A DNA stretch of 64,000 bases from an uncultured delta proteobacterium (GTDB lineage: Bacteria > Desulfobacterota > Syntrophia > Syntrophales > UBA2192). Where the stretch lies: assembly GCA_963705165.1 (NCBI GenBank), contig CAVPJD010000020.1, positions 1 to 64,000 on the forward strand, given 5' to 3'. Below the pieces are notes generated by a model. The model was not told the DNA's origin. It worked only from the letters and a program-made list of their open reading frames with translations, and ran no database searches. Both the position numbers and the translations under genes were made by a program. Of this stretch, positions 8,524 through 19,932 are shown piece after piece; position 1 is the stretch's first letter, and every line of letters starts with the position of its first letter.

Positions 8524-9516
8524 TTATGCAAGACACACTTGGGAAAATTTAGAGACGTTCTCGTCTTCACCCAGGGCGATCAGCTTGTCCCCTCTCTGGA
8601 TGACATAATTCGCCACGGGGTTGAAGATCATCTTGCCCGAGTCTTTTTTCACCGCAACGATGATGAGGCCGTAACGCTGCCTGATTTCGGAATCCTCCAG
8701 GGATTTCCCGATGAGCGGTGAGCCATCGCAGATTTCAAGCTCGTCCATCCGCAGCTCCAGGCTCTGTCTTCGAGTGGTGATCTCGATGAAATCCAGCATG
8801 GCGGGCCTCAGGATGGCCATGGCCATGCGGGTTCCGCCCAGCGTGTAGGGGGACATGACGCGGTTTGCGCCCGCCCTCAGCAGGCGGTGCTCGGACTCCT
8901 CCTCCTCGGAGCGCGAGAGGATCCAGATATCGGGGTTGAGCTCCTTGGCCGTGAGGATCACGTAGAGGTTCTGGGCGTCGGTGGGCAGAACGCAGACGAT
9001 CCCCCTGGCCCGCTTGATGCCCGCGCCGATCAGGCACTTGTCGTGGATCGCGTCGCCCCTGAAGTAGACAAACCCGTCTTCGCTTATTTTCTGGATCACC
9101 TCGGGATTGTTGTCGACGACGACGAAATCGACCTTCTCCGCGGCCAGCTCCCTGCAGATGAGATACCCGATCCGGCCGCAGCCGCAGACGATGTAGTGGT
9201 TCTTCATTTTATCGATGGTCTTTTCCATCTTTCCTCTCCCCAGAAGTGTTGTCAGGCGGCCTTCCACCATGATCTGGGCCACGAGACCGACCGTGTAGAG
9301 CATGGTGCCGACACCGAAGATGACGAGAAGGACCGTGAAGAGCATCCCCCCTTTTGTCTTGGGGGCAAAGTCCCCGTAGCCGATCGTGGTCAGGGTCATG
9401 ACCGTGGTATAGAAGGACTCCAGGACATTCCACCCTTCGATGAAGTGAAATCCCATCGTCCCGGCCAGGATCAGGGTGACGATGATCATCAGGGCTATTT
9501 TGAGATTGTTGGGCAT
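8524..9516 (-). CDS. Two-TM potassium channel with RCK (TrkA-N/TrkA-C) domains
   Basis: TLTTIGYGD selectivity filter; HYIVCGCGRIG Rossmann motif; C-terminal RCK-C. Confidence 0.93.
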   Translation of the reverse strand: MPNNLKIALMIIVTLILAGTMGFHFIEGWNVLESFYTTVMTLTTIGYGDFAPKTKGGMLFTVLLVIFGVGTMLYTVGLVAQIMVEGRLTTLLGRGKMEKTIDKMKNHYIVCGCGRIGYLICRELAAEKVDFVVVDNNPEVIQKISEDGFVYFRGDAIHDKCLIGAGIKRARGIVCVLPTDAQNLYVILTAKELNPDIWILSRSEEEESEHRLLRAGANRVMSPYTLGGTRMAMAILRPAMLDFIEITTRRQSLELRMDELEICDGSPLIGKSLEDSEIRQRYGLIIVAVKKDSGKMIFNPVANYVIQRGDKLIALGEDENVSKFSQVCLA

Positions 9517-9643
9517 CCTGTCGGCTTCCCCCGGGCATGAACCTGTTTTCTATTTATCAAACCCCTCTCTGAAATAAAACCTTTTTCCCTTCCGGCACCG
9601 ATTATCGATTGAACATTGCGCCGATTTCCGATAAAAAACCCTC

Positions 9644-11062
9644 ATGAGTCAGAGGGGTCCCGAGTTCGCGAAAGTCTACACGGGGAAGGCGCTCATTGCC
9701 GACCCGATCTACCAGTACGCCTGGTTCACCGTCCCGGGGCCGGATTACCCGGGGGAAAAGACGGAAAAGGACCTCCTCGACACGCCCTGGCTTCAGCGCC
9801 TCCGGAGGATTCACCAGCTCCAGAGCGCCCGCTGGGTCTACCCCGCCGCCGAGCACAGCCGGTTCCAGCACTCCCTGGGCACCATGCACATGGCCGGCGA
9901 ATTCAGCCGGCACCTCTACCCCAGCCTCAAAAGCGTCTGCTCCGATGCCCCCTCGGTGAACTTCGTCGAGGAGCTCGCACGGCTTGCGGGGCTTCTCCAT
10001 GACGTGGGGCACGGCCCCTTCGGTCATTTCTTCGACGATCACTTTCTCGATCAGTACGGAATCACCCACGAGGACCTCGGGCAGAAGATCATCACAAAAA
10101 AACTGGCCCGGACGATTGCCGCCATCAAGCGCAGCCCCACGGGCCCCTTCGAAAAAAGAGAGAAGATCGACCCTGCAACCATCGCCTACCTCATCAAGAT
10201 GCCTGCGGGGCAAGACGGCAAGCGGCCACGGTGGCTGGAGCTGCTGCGGCAGCTCTTCTCGGGCATCTACACAGCCGACAACCTGGACTACGTCCAGCGC
10301 GATGCCTTCATGACGGGCTTTTCGCTTGACATGGTGGATATCTCGCGCCTTCGCTTCTACACGTTCTTCACGGAGCACGGGATCACCCTTCACCAGGCGG
10401 GCATCTCGGCCCTCTCGAGGTTCCTGAATGCCCGGCTCAACCTGTACCGCAATGTCTACTATCACCGCACCACCCGGGCGCTCGATCTGCACCTGCAGGA
10501 GATCTTTCGGGACACGATGCGCCTGCTGCTGCCGGGAGACCCCTCGAAGTTTCTCGACGACTACCTCGAGTGCGACGAGTGGACCCTCTTCCGGGATGTC
10601 CAGCGCTGGCCCAGGGAGACGGACCCACAGAAAAAAAGTCTCGGCCGGGAATGGGAAAAACTCCACAACCGCGAGGTCAAGTGGAAGATGTCCTTCGCCA
10701 CGGAGCTCTCCATCGACGAGCTGCCCAGGGGCATCCGATTCTCGGGGGCCGCGGATTACGAGGACGCGATCCGCAGGCACCTGCCCAGGCAGCTTCGCCG
10801 GAACCGGTTCTGCGTCGATCTGGCCACCCAGGACCCGAGGCCCCTGAACCCCATCACGGAGGAGAGCAAACGGATCAACATCTACAACCCCTCCACGGGG
10901 ATCACCTCGCCGGAACCCCTCGTGGACATCTACCGGTTCATCCCGGCCCGGGTGGTCCACTTCCGGGTCTTCGCCCTCACCCATGACCACGACGAGGCCC
11001 TGGCCCGTGCCGCCGAAAAAGCGCTGGACTCGCTGGCCGGCCAATCCAAAACGAACATCTAG
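9644..11062 (+). CDS. HD-domain phosphohydrolase, SAMHD1/EF1143-like putative dNTP triphosphohydrolase
   Basis: DPIYQY, LQRLRRIHQL, YPAAEHSRFQHSLG, LLHDVGHGPFGH, HEDLG, ADNLDYVQRD, VYYHRT. Confidence 0.88.
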   Translation: MSQRGPEFAKVYTGKALIADPIYQYAWFTVPGPDYPGEKTEKDLLDTPWLQRLRRIHQLQSARWVYPAAEHSRFQHSLGTMHMAGEFSRHLYPSLKSVCSDAPSVNFVEELARLAGLLHDVGHGPFGHFFDDHFLDQYGITHEDLGQKIITKKLARTIAAIKRSPTGPFEKREKIDPATIAYLIKMPAGQDGKRPRWLELLRQLFSGIYTADNLDYVQRDAFMTGFSLDMVDISRLRFYTFFTEHGITLHQAGISALSRFLNARLNLYRNVYYHRTTRALDLHLQEIFRDTMRLLLPGDPSKFLDDYLECDEWTLFRDVQRWPRETDPQKKSLGREWEKLHNREVKWKMSFATELSIDELPRGIRFSGAADYEDAIRRHLPRQLRRNRFCVDLATQDPRPLNPITEESKRINIYNPSTGITSPEPLVDIYRFIPARVVHFRVFALTHDHDEALARAAEKALDSLAGQSKTNI

Positions 11063-11063
11063 C

Positions 11064-11197
11064 GGGCTGGCGACCGGGGACTACCTCCGGCGAATCCGAG
11101 AAGGTAAGAAGGTGAGAGGGTAAGAAGGTTGGATGAGTCGGTAGACGGAATTCTGTCCTCTCTGCTTCTCCAACCTTCTCACCTTCTTACCCTCTGC
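11064..11197 (+). repeat. Family B element, full copy 1 (about 135 bp)
   Basis: gggctggcgaccgggg leader, gagaaggtaagaaggtgagagggtaagaaggttgg left arm, gcttctccaaccttctcaccttcttaccctctgc right arm; homologous to 52233-52371. Confidence 0.9.
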
Positions 11198-11205
11198 CCT
11201 CACAA

Positions 11206-11234
11206 TTGACAGCCCCGTTCCAAGCTGTTAAAAG
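11206..11234 (+). promoter_or_regulatory. Sigma70-like promoter of the nrdD-like gene
   Basis: TTGACA-N17-TAAAAG with TG extension. Confidence 0.5.
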
Positions 11235-11260
11235 AGGCTTCTTTGCCGAGAGGAAAACAC

Positions 11261-13324
11261 GTGGCTGTGAAGGAAACGACCGACATCACGCTTTTCGTCC
11301 GGACCTCCGACGAGGAGATCGTCCGCTGGGACCGCAAGAGGATTGTCGATGCCCTCATGCTGGAGACCTACGTCGATCTCGACACGGCCGAGGCCATCAG
11401 CCTCGATGTCGAAAAGCAGATCATGGCCTCGGGCCTCGCCCATCTCACGGCCCCTCTCATCCGCGAACTCGTCGACGCGAAACTCATGGAGCGCGGTCTC
11501 GAGCAGGCACGGCGGATGCACACCCGCCTCGGGTTCCCGCTCTACGATGTCAGCCAGCTCATCCTTCACCAGAACAAGGAGAACGCCAACCTCCCCCACG
11601 GCCCCGAGGCGTCGAACCTGATCCTCGCCGAGGGCATCAAGAAGGAGTACGCCCTGCACGGAGTCTTCTCCCATGATGTGGGGGATGCCCACGTGCGCGG
11701 AGATCTGCACCTGCACGACCTGGGCTACGTGGATCGGCCCTACAGCTCGAGCCAGACCCTGGAGTTCGTCAAGAAGTTCGGTCTCAACCTGCCCAACACC
11801 TTCTCGGCCTCGAAGCCGGCCAGGCACGCGGAGGTGCTGCTCGCGCACATGGTCCGCTACAGCGCCGTCCTGCAGGGGTACTTCTCGGGAACCATCGGCT
11901 GGGACGCCGTGAATGTCTTTTTCGCCCCCTATCTGGAGAAGCTTTCGGACCGGGAGATCGAGCAAATCGCCCAGATGCTCGTATTCGAGTTCTCCCAGCT
12001 TGCCGTCTCGCGCGGCGGCCAGGCCATTTTCACCGAAATCGGCATAACCTGGGAGATCCCGCGGCACCTGCGCGACGTGCCCGCCATCGGCCCTGGAGGG
12101 GAGCTCACGGGGAAGACCTACGGGCACTACGCAAAAGACGCGCAGCGCTTTGCCCGGGCCCTCTTCGAAATCTACCGGGAGGGCGATGCCCTGGGCAGCC
12201 CCTTTTTCTTCCCGAAGCCGCTGCTGCGGATGACGGAGGACTTCTTCGAGACACCCGGCCACGAGGATTTTCTTTTGCAGGTCTGCGGGGTGGCAGCCGA
12301 GAAGGGGAACCCCCATTTCATCTTCGACCGCAACCGGACCCACAAGGTCCTGCGGTGCTTGAGCCTCGACTTCGAAAGCGACGGCCAGGCGCGCAAGGAA
12401 GCCCAAAAGCCCTGGGAGATGCGCTATGCCTCCATCCAGAACGTGACGCTCAATCTCCCGAGGCTGGGATACCTTGCCGAGGGCAATGACGCGCACCTTT
12501 TTTCCCTTATCTCGGAGCGCATGGAGATCGTCGCCAGGGCGCACGCCCAGAAAAGGCAGTTCATCGAGAGGCTCCTCGCCATCGGTGACGGAGGCCCCCT
12601 GGCTCTGCTGTCCATGGACTGCGCAGGGTCGGCTTATCTGAAACTGGACCGGGCCACCTATCTCATCGGGATGGTGGGGCTCAACGAGCTCGTGCAGCTC
12701 CACCGGGGAGCACAGCTTCATGAGGACGAAAAAGCATTGAAGTTCGGGCTCAAGATCCTCGGCCACATCCAGAAGATGGCGGCCAGGCTGGGACGGCAGC
12801 ACGGCATGCGGTTCATTCTCGAGCAGACCCCTGCCGAGAGCACCGCCTACCGGTTCGCCAGGCTCGACCTCAAGTACCACTCCCCCCGGTCGGGACATCT
12901 TGTCCGGGGCGACATCGCCCGGGGCGAGATGTACTACACGAACTCGACGCAGCTCAACATCGCCGCCAAAACGGACCCCTTCAGTCGAGTCAGGAGCGAG
13001 GGCATCTTCCACCCCCTCATTGGCGGCAATGCCATCACGTCGATCTGGCTTGGGGAATCCAAACCTTCCGCCGAGGCACTGGCCCGATTCACCACGATGG
13101 CTTTTCGCGAAACGACGAGCAGCCAGATCGTCTTCTCTCCCGAATTCACGGTCTGTTTGGCCTGCCGGCAGACGGTGCGCGGCCTCAAGACGGCCTGCCC
13201 CGGCTGCGGCTCAACCCGCATAGAGGGAATCAGCCGCGTCGGCGGGTACCTCACCCACACCTCCCGCCTGAACCGGGGAAAAGTCGCCGAGCTTCGCGAC
13301 ACGTACCGGCAAGACATCTCTTGA
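11261..13324 (+). CDS. nrdD: Class III anaerobic ribonucleoside-triphosphate reductase homolog with N-terminal ATP cone; catalytic cysteine positions appear substituted
   Basis: ATP-cone-like VRTSDEEIVRWDRKRIVDAL, NKENAN, HLHDLG, TPAESTAYRFA, YYTNS, CLAC..CPGC Zn motif, RVGGY glycyl-radical loop; GTG 11261 after GAGAGGA. Confidence 0.88.
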   Translation: MAVKETTDITLFVRTSDEEIVRWDRKRIVDALMLETYVDLDTAEAISLDVEKQIMASGLAHLTAPLIRELVDAKLMERGLEQARRMHTRLGFPLYDVSQLILHQNKENANLPHGPEASNLILAEGIKKEYALHGVFSHDVGDAHVRGDLHLHDLGYVDRPYSSSQTLEFVKKFGLNLPNTFSASKPARHAEVLLAHMVRYSAVLQGYFSGTIGWDAVNVFFAPYLEKLSDREIEQIAQMLVFEFSQLAVSRGGQAIFTEIGITWEIPRHLRDVPAIGPGGELTGKTYGHYAKDAQRFARALFEIYREGDALGSPFFFPKPLLRMTEDFFETPGHEDFLLQVCGVAAEKGNPHFIFDRNRTHKVLRCLSLDFESDGQARKEAQKPWEMRYASIQNVTLNLPRLGYLAEGNDAHLFSLISERMEIVARAHAQKRQFIERLLAIGDGGPLALLSMDCAGSAYLKLDRATYLIGMVGLNELVQLHRGAQLHEDEKALKFGLKILGHIQKMAARLGRQHGMRFILEQTPAESTAYRFARLDLKYHSPRSGHLVRGDIARGEMYYTNSTQLNIAAKTDPFSRVRSEGIFHPLIGGNAITSIWLGESKPSAEALARFTTMAFRETTSSQIVFSPEFTVCLACRQTVRGLKTACPGCGSTRIEGISRVGGYLTHTSRLNRGKVAELRDTYRQDIS

Positions 13325-13436
13325 TGCCTGTTGGTAAGCGATCCTGGGCCTTTGATTGAAGCCGGGGAGGCGATGATTTTCGTCGTCTGCCCCCGATCCT
13401 CGATCCTTAAATCTGCTTTTATCTTCCCGGGTTCCC

Positions 13437-13465
13437 TTGACATCCCCCCGACGGATGCCTAAATT
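13437..13465 (+). promoter_or_regulatory. Sigma70-like promoter upstream of gmhA-grpE-dnaK
   Basis: TTGACA-N17-TAAATT. Confidence 0.55.
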
Positions 13466-13587
13466 TGACATCGAGGATGCCGGAAGCAGCCGGCGCCCAG
13501 AAAAAACCCCAATTAAATCAGCCAGCTGGAAGAGAAACCCCCGCGAGGGACGTGAGCAGACGCTATTATCTTTGCAGGGAGACCCGG

Positions 13588-14181
13588 ATGGAGAAAATCG
13601 ACGACATCATCAAGCGGATCTTCCGTGAAAGCAGCCAGATCAAAGAGGCCTTCCTGCGGGATAACCTGGAAAAGATCATCCGGGCCGTCGATGTCATCAC
13701 GGAAGCCCTGAAGAAAGGCAACAAGGTCCTGCTGTTCGGCAACGGCGGCAGCGCTGCCGACGCGCAGCACATCGCCGGGGAGTTTGTGAACCGGTTTCTC
13801 ATCGAGCGGCCGCCCCTGCCTGCCATTGCACTGACGACGGACACCTCGGTCCTCACGAGCATCGGCAACGACTACGATTTCTCGGAAATCTTCTCCAAGC
13901 AGATCAGGGCCCTCGGTCAGGAGGGGGACATCGCCTGGGGGTTCAGCACGAGCGGCGGCTCCGTTAATGTCGTGAAGGCCCTGGAGACGGCAAAGAAAAT
14001 GGGGCTTGTGACGATCGGGTTCACGGGGCGCGATGGCGGGGCGGTTGGAATGATCTCGGATTGCCATCTCAATGTGCCTTCCAACGTAACCCCCCGGGTC
14101 CAGGAAGTGCACATCGTTGTTTCGCACGCCATCTGCGAACTCGTGGACTGGCGGCTGTTCCAGCGGACCGACGCCCGATAA
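13588..14181 (+). CDS. gmhA: D-sedoheptulose 7-phosphate isomerase (SIS fold)
   Basis: FGNGGSAADAQH, RPPLPAIAL, IGNDY, STSGGS, RVQEVH. Confidence 0.9.
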   Translation: MEKIDDIIKRIFRESSQIKEAFLRDNLEKIIRAVDVITEALKKGNKVLLFGNGGSAADAQHIAGEFVNRFLIERPPLPAIALTTDTSVLTSIGNDYDFSEIFSKQIRALGQEGDIAWGFSTSGGSVNVVKALETAKKMGLVTIGFTGRDGGAVGMISDCHLNVPSNVTPRVQEVHIVVSHAICELVDWRLFQRTDAR

Positions 14182-14209
14182 CGAGAAAAGGAAGAGAACC
14201 CGGACGGAC

Positions 14210-14821
14210 ATGGGCAGTAAAGCGAAACACAAAAAGGATCACGAAGCCCCTCCCCAGCAGGAACCGCAGGAGGCGGCACAGACCGGAATGCCCGCGGAAG
14301 GGGATGCAACGCAGACCGGTCAGGCGGTGGATCTGCACGCAAGCCTGGAAGCGAAGGAAAAGGAAGCCTCGGAGAATTACGACCGGTACCTGCGGGCCAT
14401 GGCGGAGTTGGACAACTACCGCAAGAGGGCGGCCAGGGACAAGGAAGACGCGATCAAATACGGAAACGAGAAGCTGATCAAGGACATCCTGCCCATCATG
14501 GACAGCCTCGACCGGGCCCTCCACCAGGCATCGGAGGTGTCGGTACGGAACAACTTCGAGGCCTTCCAGCAGGGACTCGAACTCATCCACTCCCAGATCC
14601 TGGGGTGCCTGGAGCGGCACGGGGTGGCGAAGATCGCGGCAAAAGGGGAGGAATTCGACCCGGAGAGGCATCAGGCCCTCATGCAGGTGGAGACACCGGA
14701 GATGGAGGGCAACCGGGTTGTAGACGAATACGAGAGCGGATACACGCTGAACGGTCGGCTTCTGCGGCCCTCCAAGGTCTCCGTTTCTAAAAGCGTCCCG
14801 AAAGAGGATGAGGGAAAATAA
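14210..14821 (+). CDS. grpE: Nucleotide exchange factor GrpE
   Basis: YLRAMAELDNYRKR, FDPERHQAL, GYTLNGRLLRPSKVSV; directly upstream of dnaK. Confidence 0.96.
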   Translation: MGSKAKHKKDHEAPPQQEPQEAAQTGMPAEGDATQTGQAVDLHASLEAKEKEASENYDRYLRAMAELDNYRKRAARDKEDAIKYGNEKLIKDILPIMDSLDRALHQASEVSVRNNFEAFQQGLELIHSQILGCLERHGVAKIAAKGEEFDPERHQALMQVETPEMEGNRVVDEYESGYTLNGRLLRPSKVSVSKSVPKEDEGK

Positions 14822-14857
14822 CCAAGCACTTCGAGCAGTACGGGAGGTTTGAGTATC

Positions 14858-16774
<1,917 letters not shown>

Positions 16775-16786
16775 CGCAGTTTCAAC

Positions 16787-16827
16787 AAAAAGCCTGACTC
16801 CCCCATACGGGGCAGTCAGGCTTTTTT
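16787..16827 (+). terminator. Intrinsic terminator after dnaK
   Basis: aaaaagcctgact ccccc atac gggg c agtcaggctttttt. Confidence 0.85.
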
Positions 16828-16836
16828 CGTTGAAGC

Positions 16837-16867
16837 GGGCATCAGGCTTCAGGCAACAGGCATCGGG
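16837..16867 (+). repeat. Heptamer-period tract (GGCATCA/GGCTTCA/GGCAACA)
   Basis: gggcatc aggcttc aggcaac aggcatc ggg. Confidence 0.65.
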
Positions 16868-16977
16868 AACGGAATCTTCGGAATCATGGAATGACGAGTC
16901 CGGTGGATTCGGTGAACGGCCTGAGGCGGGAAGGACCTGTTGAAATATCCACGCGAAAGGGTATATAGAAACAAAAG

Positions 16978-18165
16978 ATGATAAAAAAACCCTTCCAGAT
17001 TCTTTCACTTGCATCGGCGATACTGCTCCTCGCCGCGGGGATCGCCGCAGCGGCCGGAGAGCAGCCCGTGATCGGGGCCCTGCTTCCTCTCTCCGGGAAA
17101 CAGGCAGCCCTGGGAAACCGTGTCCTCGACGGGCTCATCGCCGGGTTTGGTCTTTTCGACAAGCGGCGGCCGGCCCCCATTGAGCTTCGCATCGAAAACT
17201 ACGGAAGCGACCCCGCCGCCATCCATCGGGCCGTTGCAAAGCTTGCGGACGAGGTTCGCGTTCTCGCCATCATCGGTCCCCCGGAATTCGAAGCGGCCAG
17301 GGAAGCTGCTAAAGCGGCCCAATCGGCGCAGGTGCCCCTGCTTGCATTGAGCCCCGTCGTTGCGTCCGAGGGGCCGAGGGATTTCGTCTTCAGCGACCAG
17401 CGTTCCGACGAGCGGGAGGCCCGGACCATGGCCTCTTATGCCGTCAAGGACCTCGGCCTGTCCCGCATGGTCGTCTTCTACCCCGAGAATGCCTACGGAG
17501 CGGCCATGATGACCGCCTTCCGGGAGGAGGTCCAGCGCCTGGGCGGGAAGATCCGCCGTGTTCAGTCCTACAAGCCGGACCAGACGGATTTCTCCGGTGA
17601 GATCAAGAAACTGGCAGCCATCAGGACGCCCCGGCCCTCAACGAAAAAGAAGGGAGCCGAGGCGGTAAAAGCCCCGCTCCCTGTCCTCGATTTTGATGCC
17701 CTCTATCTGCCGGATGCCTTCCGGCGCGTGAGGATGATCCTCCCCCAGCTTGCCTTTCACGACGTCAGGGGCGTCCAGCTTCTCGGCACCTCCCAGTGGT
17801 ACGTCCCCGAAGGGATTCGCAAGGAGATGGACTATTTCGAGGGCTCCGTACTGACGGCACCCTTCTTCGCGGAAAGCAGCAAACGGCTGGTGATAGACTT
17901 CACGGACACCCTCTTCGGGGCCACGGGGCGGGAACCGGATTACCGCGAAGCGCTGGCCTATGACACGGCACGGATGCTCCTGGGGGCCCTGCGCGACAGG
18001 AGCGTCACGGACCGCAAATCGCTGAGGGACCGCCTGCAGCGGATCGAGGCCTTCGAGGGCGTGACAGGCTCGGTGAGCATGACGAAGACGGGGGAAATGC
18101 AGCGGAGGTCCTTCATCCTGAAAGTGGAGGGGAAGCAGATCGTGGATGTAACCCCGGCATACTAA
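16978..18165 (+). CDS. Exported type I periplasmic-binding-fold protein (LpoA C-terminal/LppC-like)
   Basis: Signal peptide; IGALLPLSG, AIIGP, YPENAYG, DFSGEIKKL, FDALYLPD, ILPQLAFHD, ALAYD, FEGVTG. Confidence 0.8.
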   Translation: MIKKPFQILSLASAILLLAAGIAAAAGEQPVIGALLPLSGKQAALGNRVLDGLIAGFGLFDKRRPAPIELRIENYGSDPAAIHRAVAKLADEVRVLAIIGPPEFEAAREAAKAAQSAQVPLLALSPVVASEGPRDFVFSDQRSDEREARTMASYAVKDLGLSRMVVFYPENAYGAAMMTAFREEVQRLGGKIRRVQSYKPDQTDFSGEIKKLAAIRTPRPSTKKKGAEAVKAPLPVLDFDALYLPDAFRRVRMILPQLAFHDVRGVQLLGTSQWYVPEGIRKEMDYFEGSVLTAPFFAESSKRLVIDFTDTLFGATGREPDYREALAYDTARMLLGALRDRSVTDRKSLRDRLQRIEAFEGVTGSVSMTKTGEMQRRSFILKVEGKQIVDVTPAY

Positions 18166-18170
18166 AAAAA

Positions 18171-18201
18171 GGGGTTCGGGTCTTGGGAATCGGGTATCGG
18201 G
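18171..18201 (+). repeat. Heptamer GGGN4 tract, 5 G-runs
   Basis: ggggttc gggtctt gggaatc gggtatc ggg, 5 nt after stop 18165. Confidence 0.85.
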
Positions 18202-18228
18202 AATAAATAATATTCAGGTAAATAGCAG

Positions 18229-18999
18229 ATGAGATTTTTGCTGACTAACGATGACGGGATCTATGCCAAGGGGTTGGGGGCTCTGTACCAGGAACTGTCG
18301 AAGGATGCCGACTGCATCGTGGTGGCCCCCGAAGTGGAGCAGAGCGCCGTGGGGCACGCCATTACCATCTCTCGGCCTCTCATGGTGCGCCCCGCAAGAA
18401 AAAACGGACAGTTCATGGGCTGGGCCGTGGCGGGGACGCCTGCAGACTGTGTCAAGATCGGGCTGCGTGAGCTGACGGACAAGCCGGTCGATCTGGTCGT
18501 ATCGGGGATCAACCTCGGGGCCAACGTGGGAATCAACGTCCTTTATTCCGGGACCGTCTCCGCCGCGACAGAGGGTGCGATCCTGGGGGTCCCCTCGATC
18601 GCCATCTCGCTCGGGACGCATAGCCGCGATGCCGATTTCGGCTTCGCCGCCCGCTTTGCCCGGAAAGTGGCGCAATTCATGCTCCATCACAACCCGAACC
18701 GGCACATCCCGCTGAACGTGAACGTCCCCGCCATCCCGGAGGACCAGATCAAGGGGGTGGCCGTCACCCGCCAGGGACAGGCCCGGCTCATGGAGCAGTT
18801 CGAACGGCGCACCGACCCCCGGGAGAACGTCTATTACTGGCTTGCCGGCGAAACGCAGATCACCGAATCGGCTGCTGAAGGGACAGATTTCCTGGCCCTG
18901 CAAAGCGGCATGATCTCCATCACCCCCATCTACTACGACATGACCAGGCACGACGCTCTCGAAGGGTTAAGGGCCAAGATCGAGCATCTTGAGCCTTAG
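18229..18999 (+). CDS. surE: 5'/3'-nucleotidase SurE
   Basis: LLTNDDGI, EQSAVGHAIT, GTPADCV, SGINLGAN, YSGTVSAATEG. Confidence 0.97.
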   Translation: MRFLLTNDDGIYAKGLGALYQELSKDADCIVVAPEVEQSAVGHAITISRPLMVRPARKNGQFMGWAVAGTPADCVKIGLRELTDKPVDLVVSGINLGANVGINVLYSGTVSAATEGAILGVPSIAISLGTHSRDADFGFAARFARKVAQFMLHHNPNRHIPLNVNVPAIPEDQIKGVAVTRQGQARLMEQFERRTDPRENVYYWLAGETQITESAAEGTDFLALQSGMISITPIYYDMTRHDALEGLRAKIEHLEP

Positions 19000-19014
19000 C
19001 GAAGCGCAGTTGAC

Positions 19015-19092
19015 TGGAATACTGGAGTGATGGAATATTGGGTTCCGAAGACAATCCCAAGAAACCCATTATTCCAACATTCCATTACTCCA
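19015..19092. repeat. Family A octamer-arm palindrome between convergent genes
   Basis: tggaatac tggagtga tggaatat tggg ... cccattatt ccaacatt ccattact cca. Confidence 0.9.
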
Positions 19093-19932
19093 TTAACGCG
19101 TCAGCAGGACGGGGATGCGGCTCTTGCGGATGATGTGGGAGGTGGTGCTCCCGATGAGGAGTTCCTTGAACCGGCTGTGCCCGCGGGCCCCCATCAGCAG
19201 AAGCTCTACGGCCCCCTCCTCGATGAACCGGAGGATCTCCTTTTCCTCTTTCCCCCCCAGGACGATGATGTCGCTGTCGATGGCGTAATCCTCGAGGGCG
19301 CTCTCCACTCTCTGGCTGAGATCGGCCGAGAGTTTCACGTTGTCCGTCACGATGAGCACCGTGAGCGGCCATCGGATCTTGTCGGAGAGTTCGGCGGCGA
19401 TCTTGAGGGCGTGATCGGCGGGAGGGCTTCCGTCGTAGGCAAGGCCCATGCTCTCGATCTCGATGAAGGAGACGGGGGTCACCAGGACGGGCTTGCCGGA
19501 CTTTCGCACCACCGCCTCGGCCGTGGAGCCCAGCAGCACGCTGCGGCTCAGCGGATAGTGCTCGCCCCGCTGCGCGAGCACGATGAGGTCCGCGTTTTTC
19601 CCCTCGTGGATGATCTCTTCGTCAATGATCCCCGCGGTTTTCTTCACCTCGGGCTTGAGCCCTTCCTTTTCGCAGCTCTCCCGGAATTCTCGCAGGATAT
19701 TGTCGGCCCTCGCCTCGAGGGCCTTTTCGATGACGGAGAAAAATTCCGGGCCCGGGGAGAGGCTCGCGGAGCTGCAGATGTCATTGAGGACGGGTCCCTG
19801 GAGCACCTTGATATCGATGACATGAAGACCCGTGAGACGGGCGTCGAGTTTTCTGGCGATGCTTATGCCGTACTGGAGGGCCGTCCTGCTGTAATCGGAG
19901 CCATCCGTGGGAAGGAGGATGTTCTGGAACAT
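19093..19932 (-). CDS. Universal stress protein, tandem USP domains
   Basis: ILLPTDGS, LLGSTAEAVVR, AYDGS, LMGARGHS, LIGSTT. Confidence 0.93.
   Translation of the reverse strand: MFQNILLPTDGSDYSRTALQYGISIARKLDARLTGLHVIDIKVLQGPVLNDICSSASLSPGPEFFSVIEKALEARADNILREFRESCEKEGLKPEVKKTAGIIDEEIIHEGKNADLIVLAQRGEHYPLSRSVLLGSTAEAVVRKSGKPVLVTPVSFIEIESMGLAYDGSPPADHALKIAAELSDKIRWPLTVLIVTDNVKLSADLSQRVESALEDYAIDSDIIVLGGKEEKEILRFIEEGAVELLLMGARGHSRFKELLIGSTTSHIIRKSRIPVLLTR

Noticed and set aside
9602..13012. Long antisense ORFs (480 and 594 aa) opposite the HD and nrdD genes; similar ones opposite purD, dnaK and PEPCK
   Set aside because: Antisense mirror frames expected from GC3 codon bias; no RBS or family motifs
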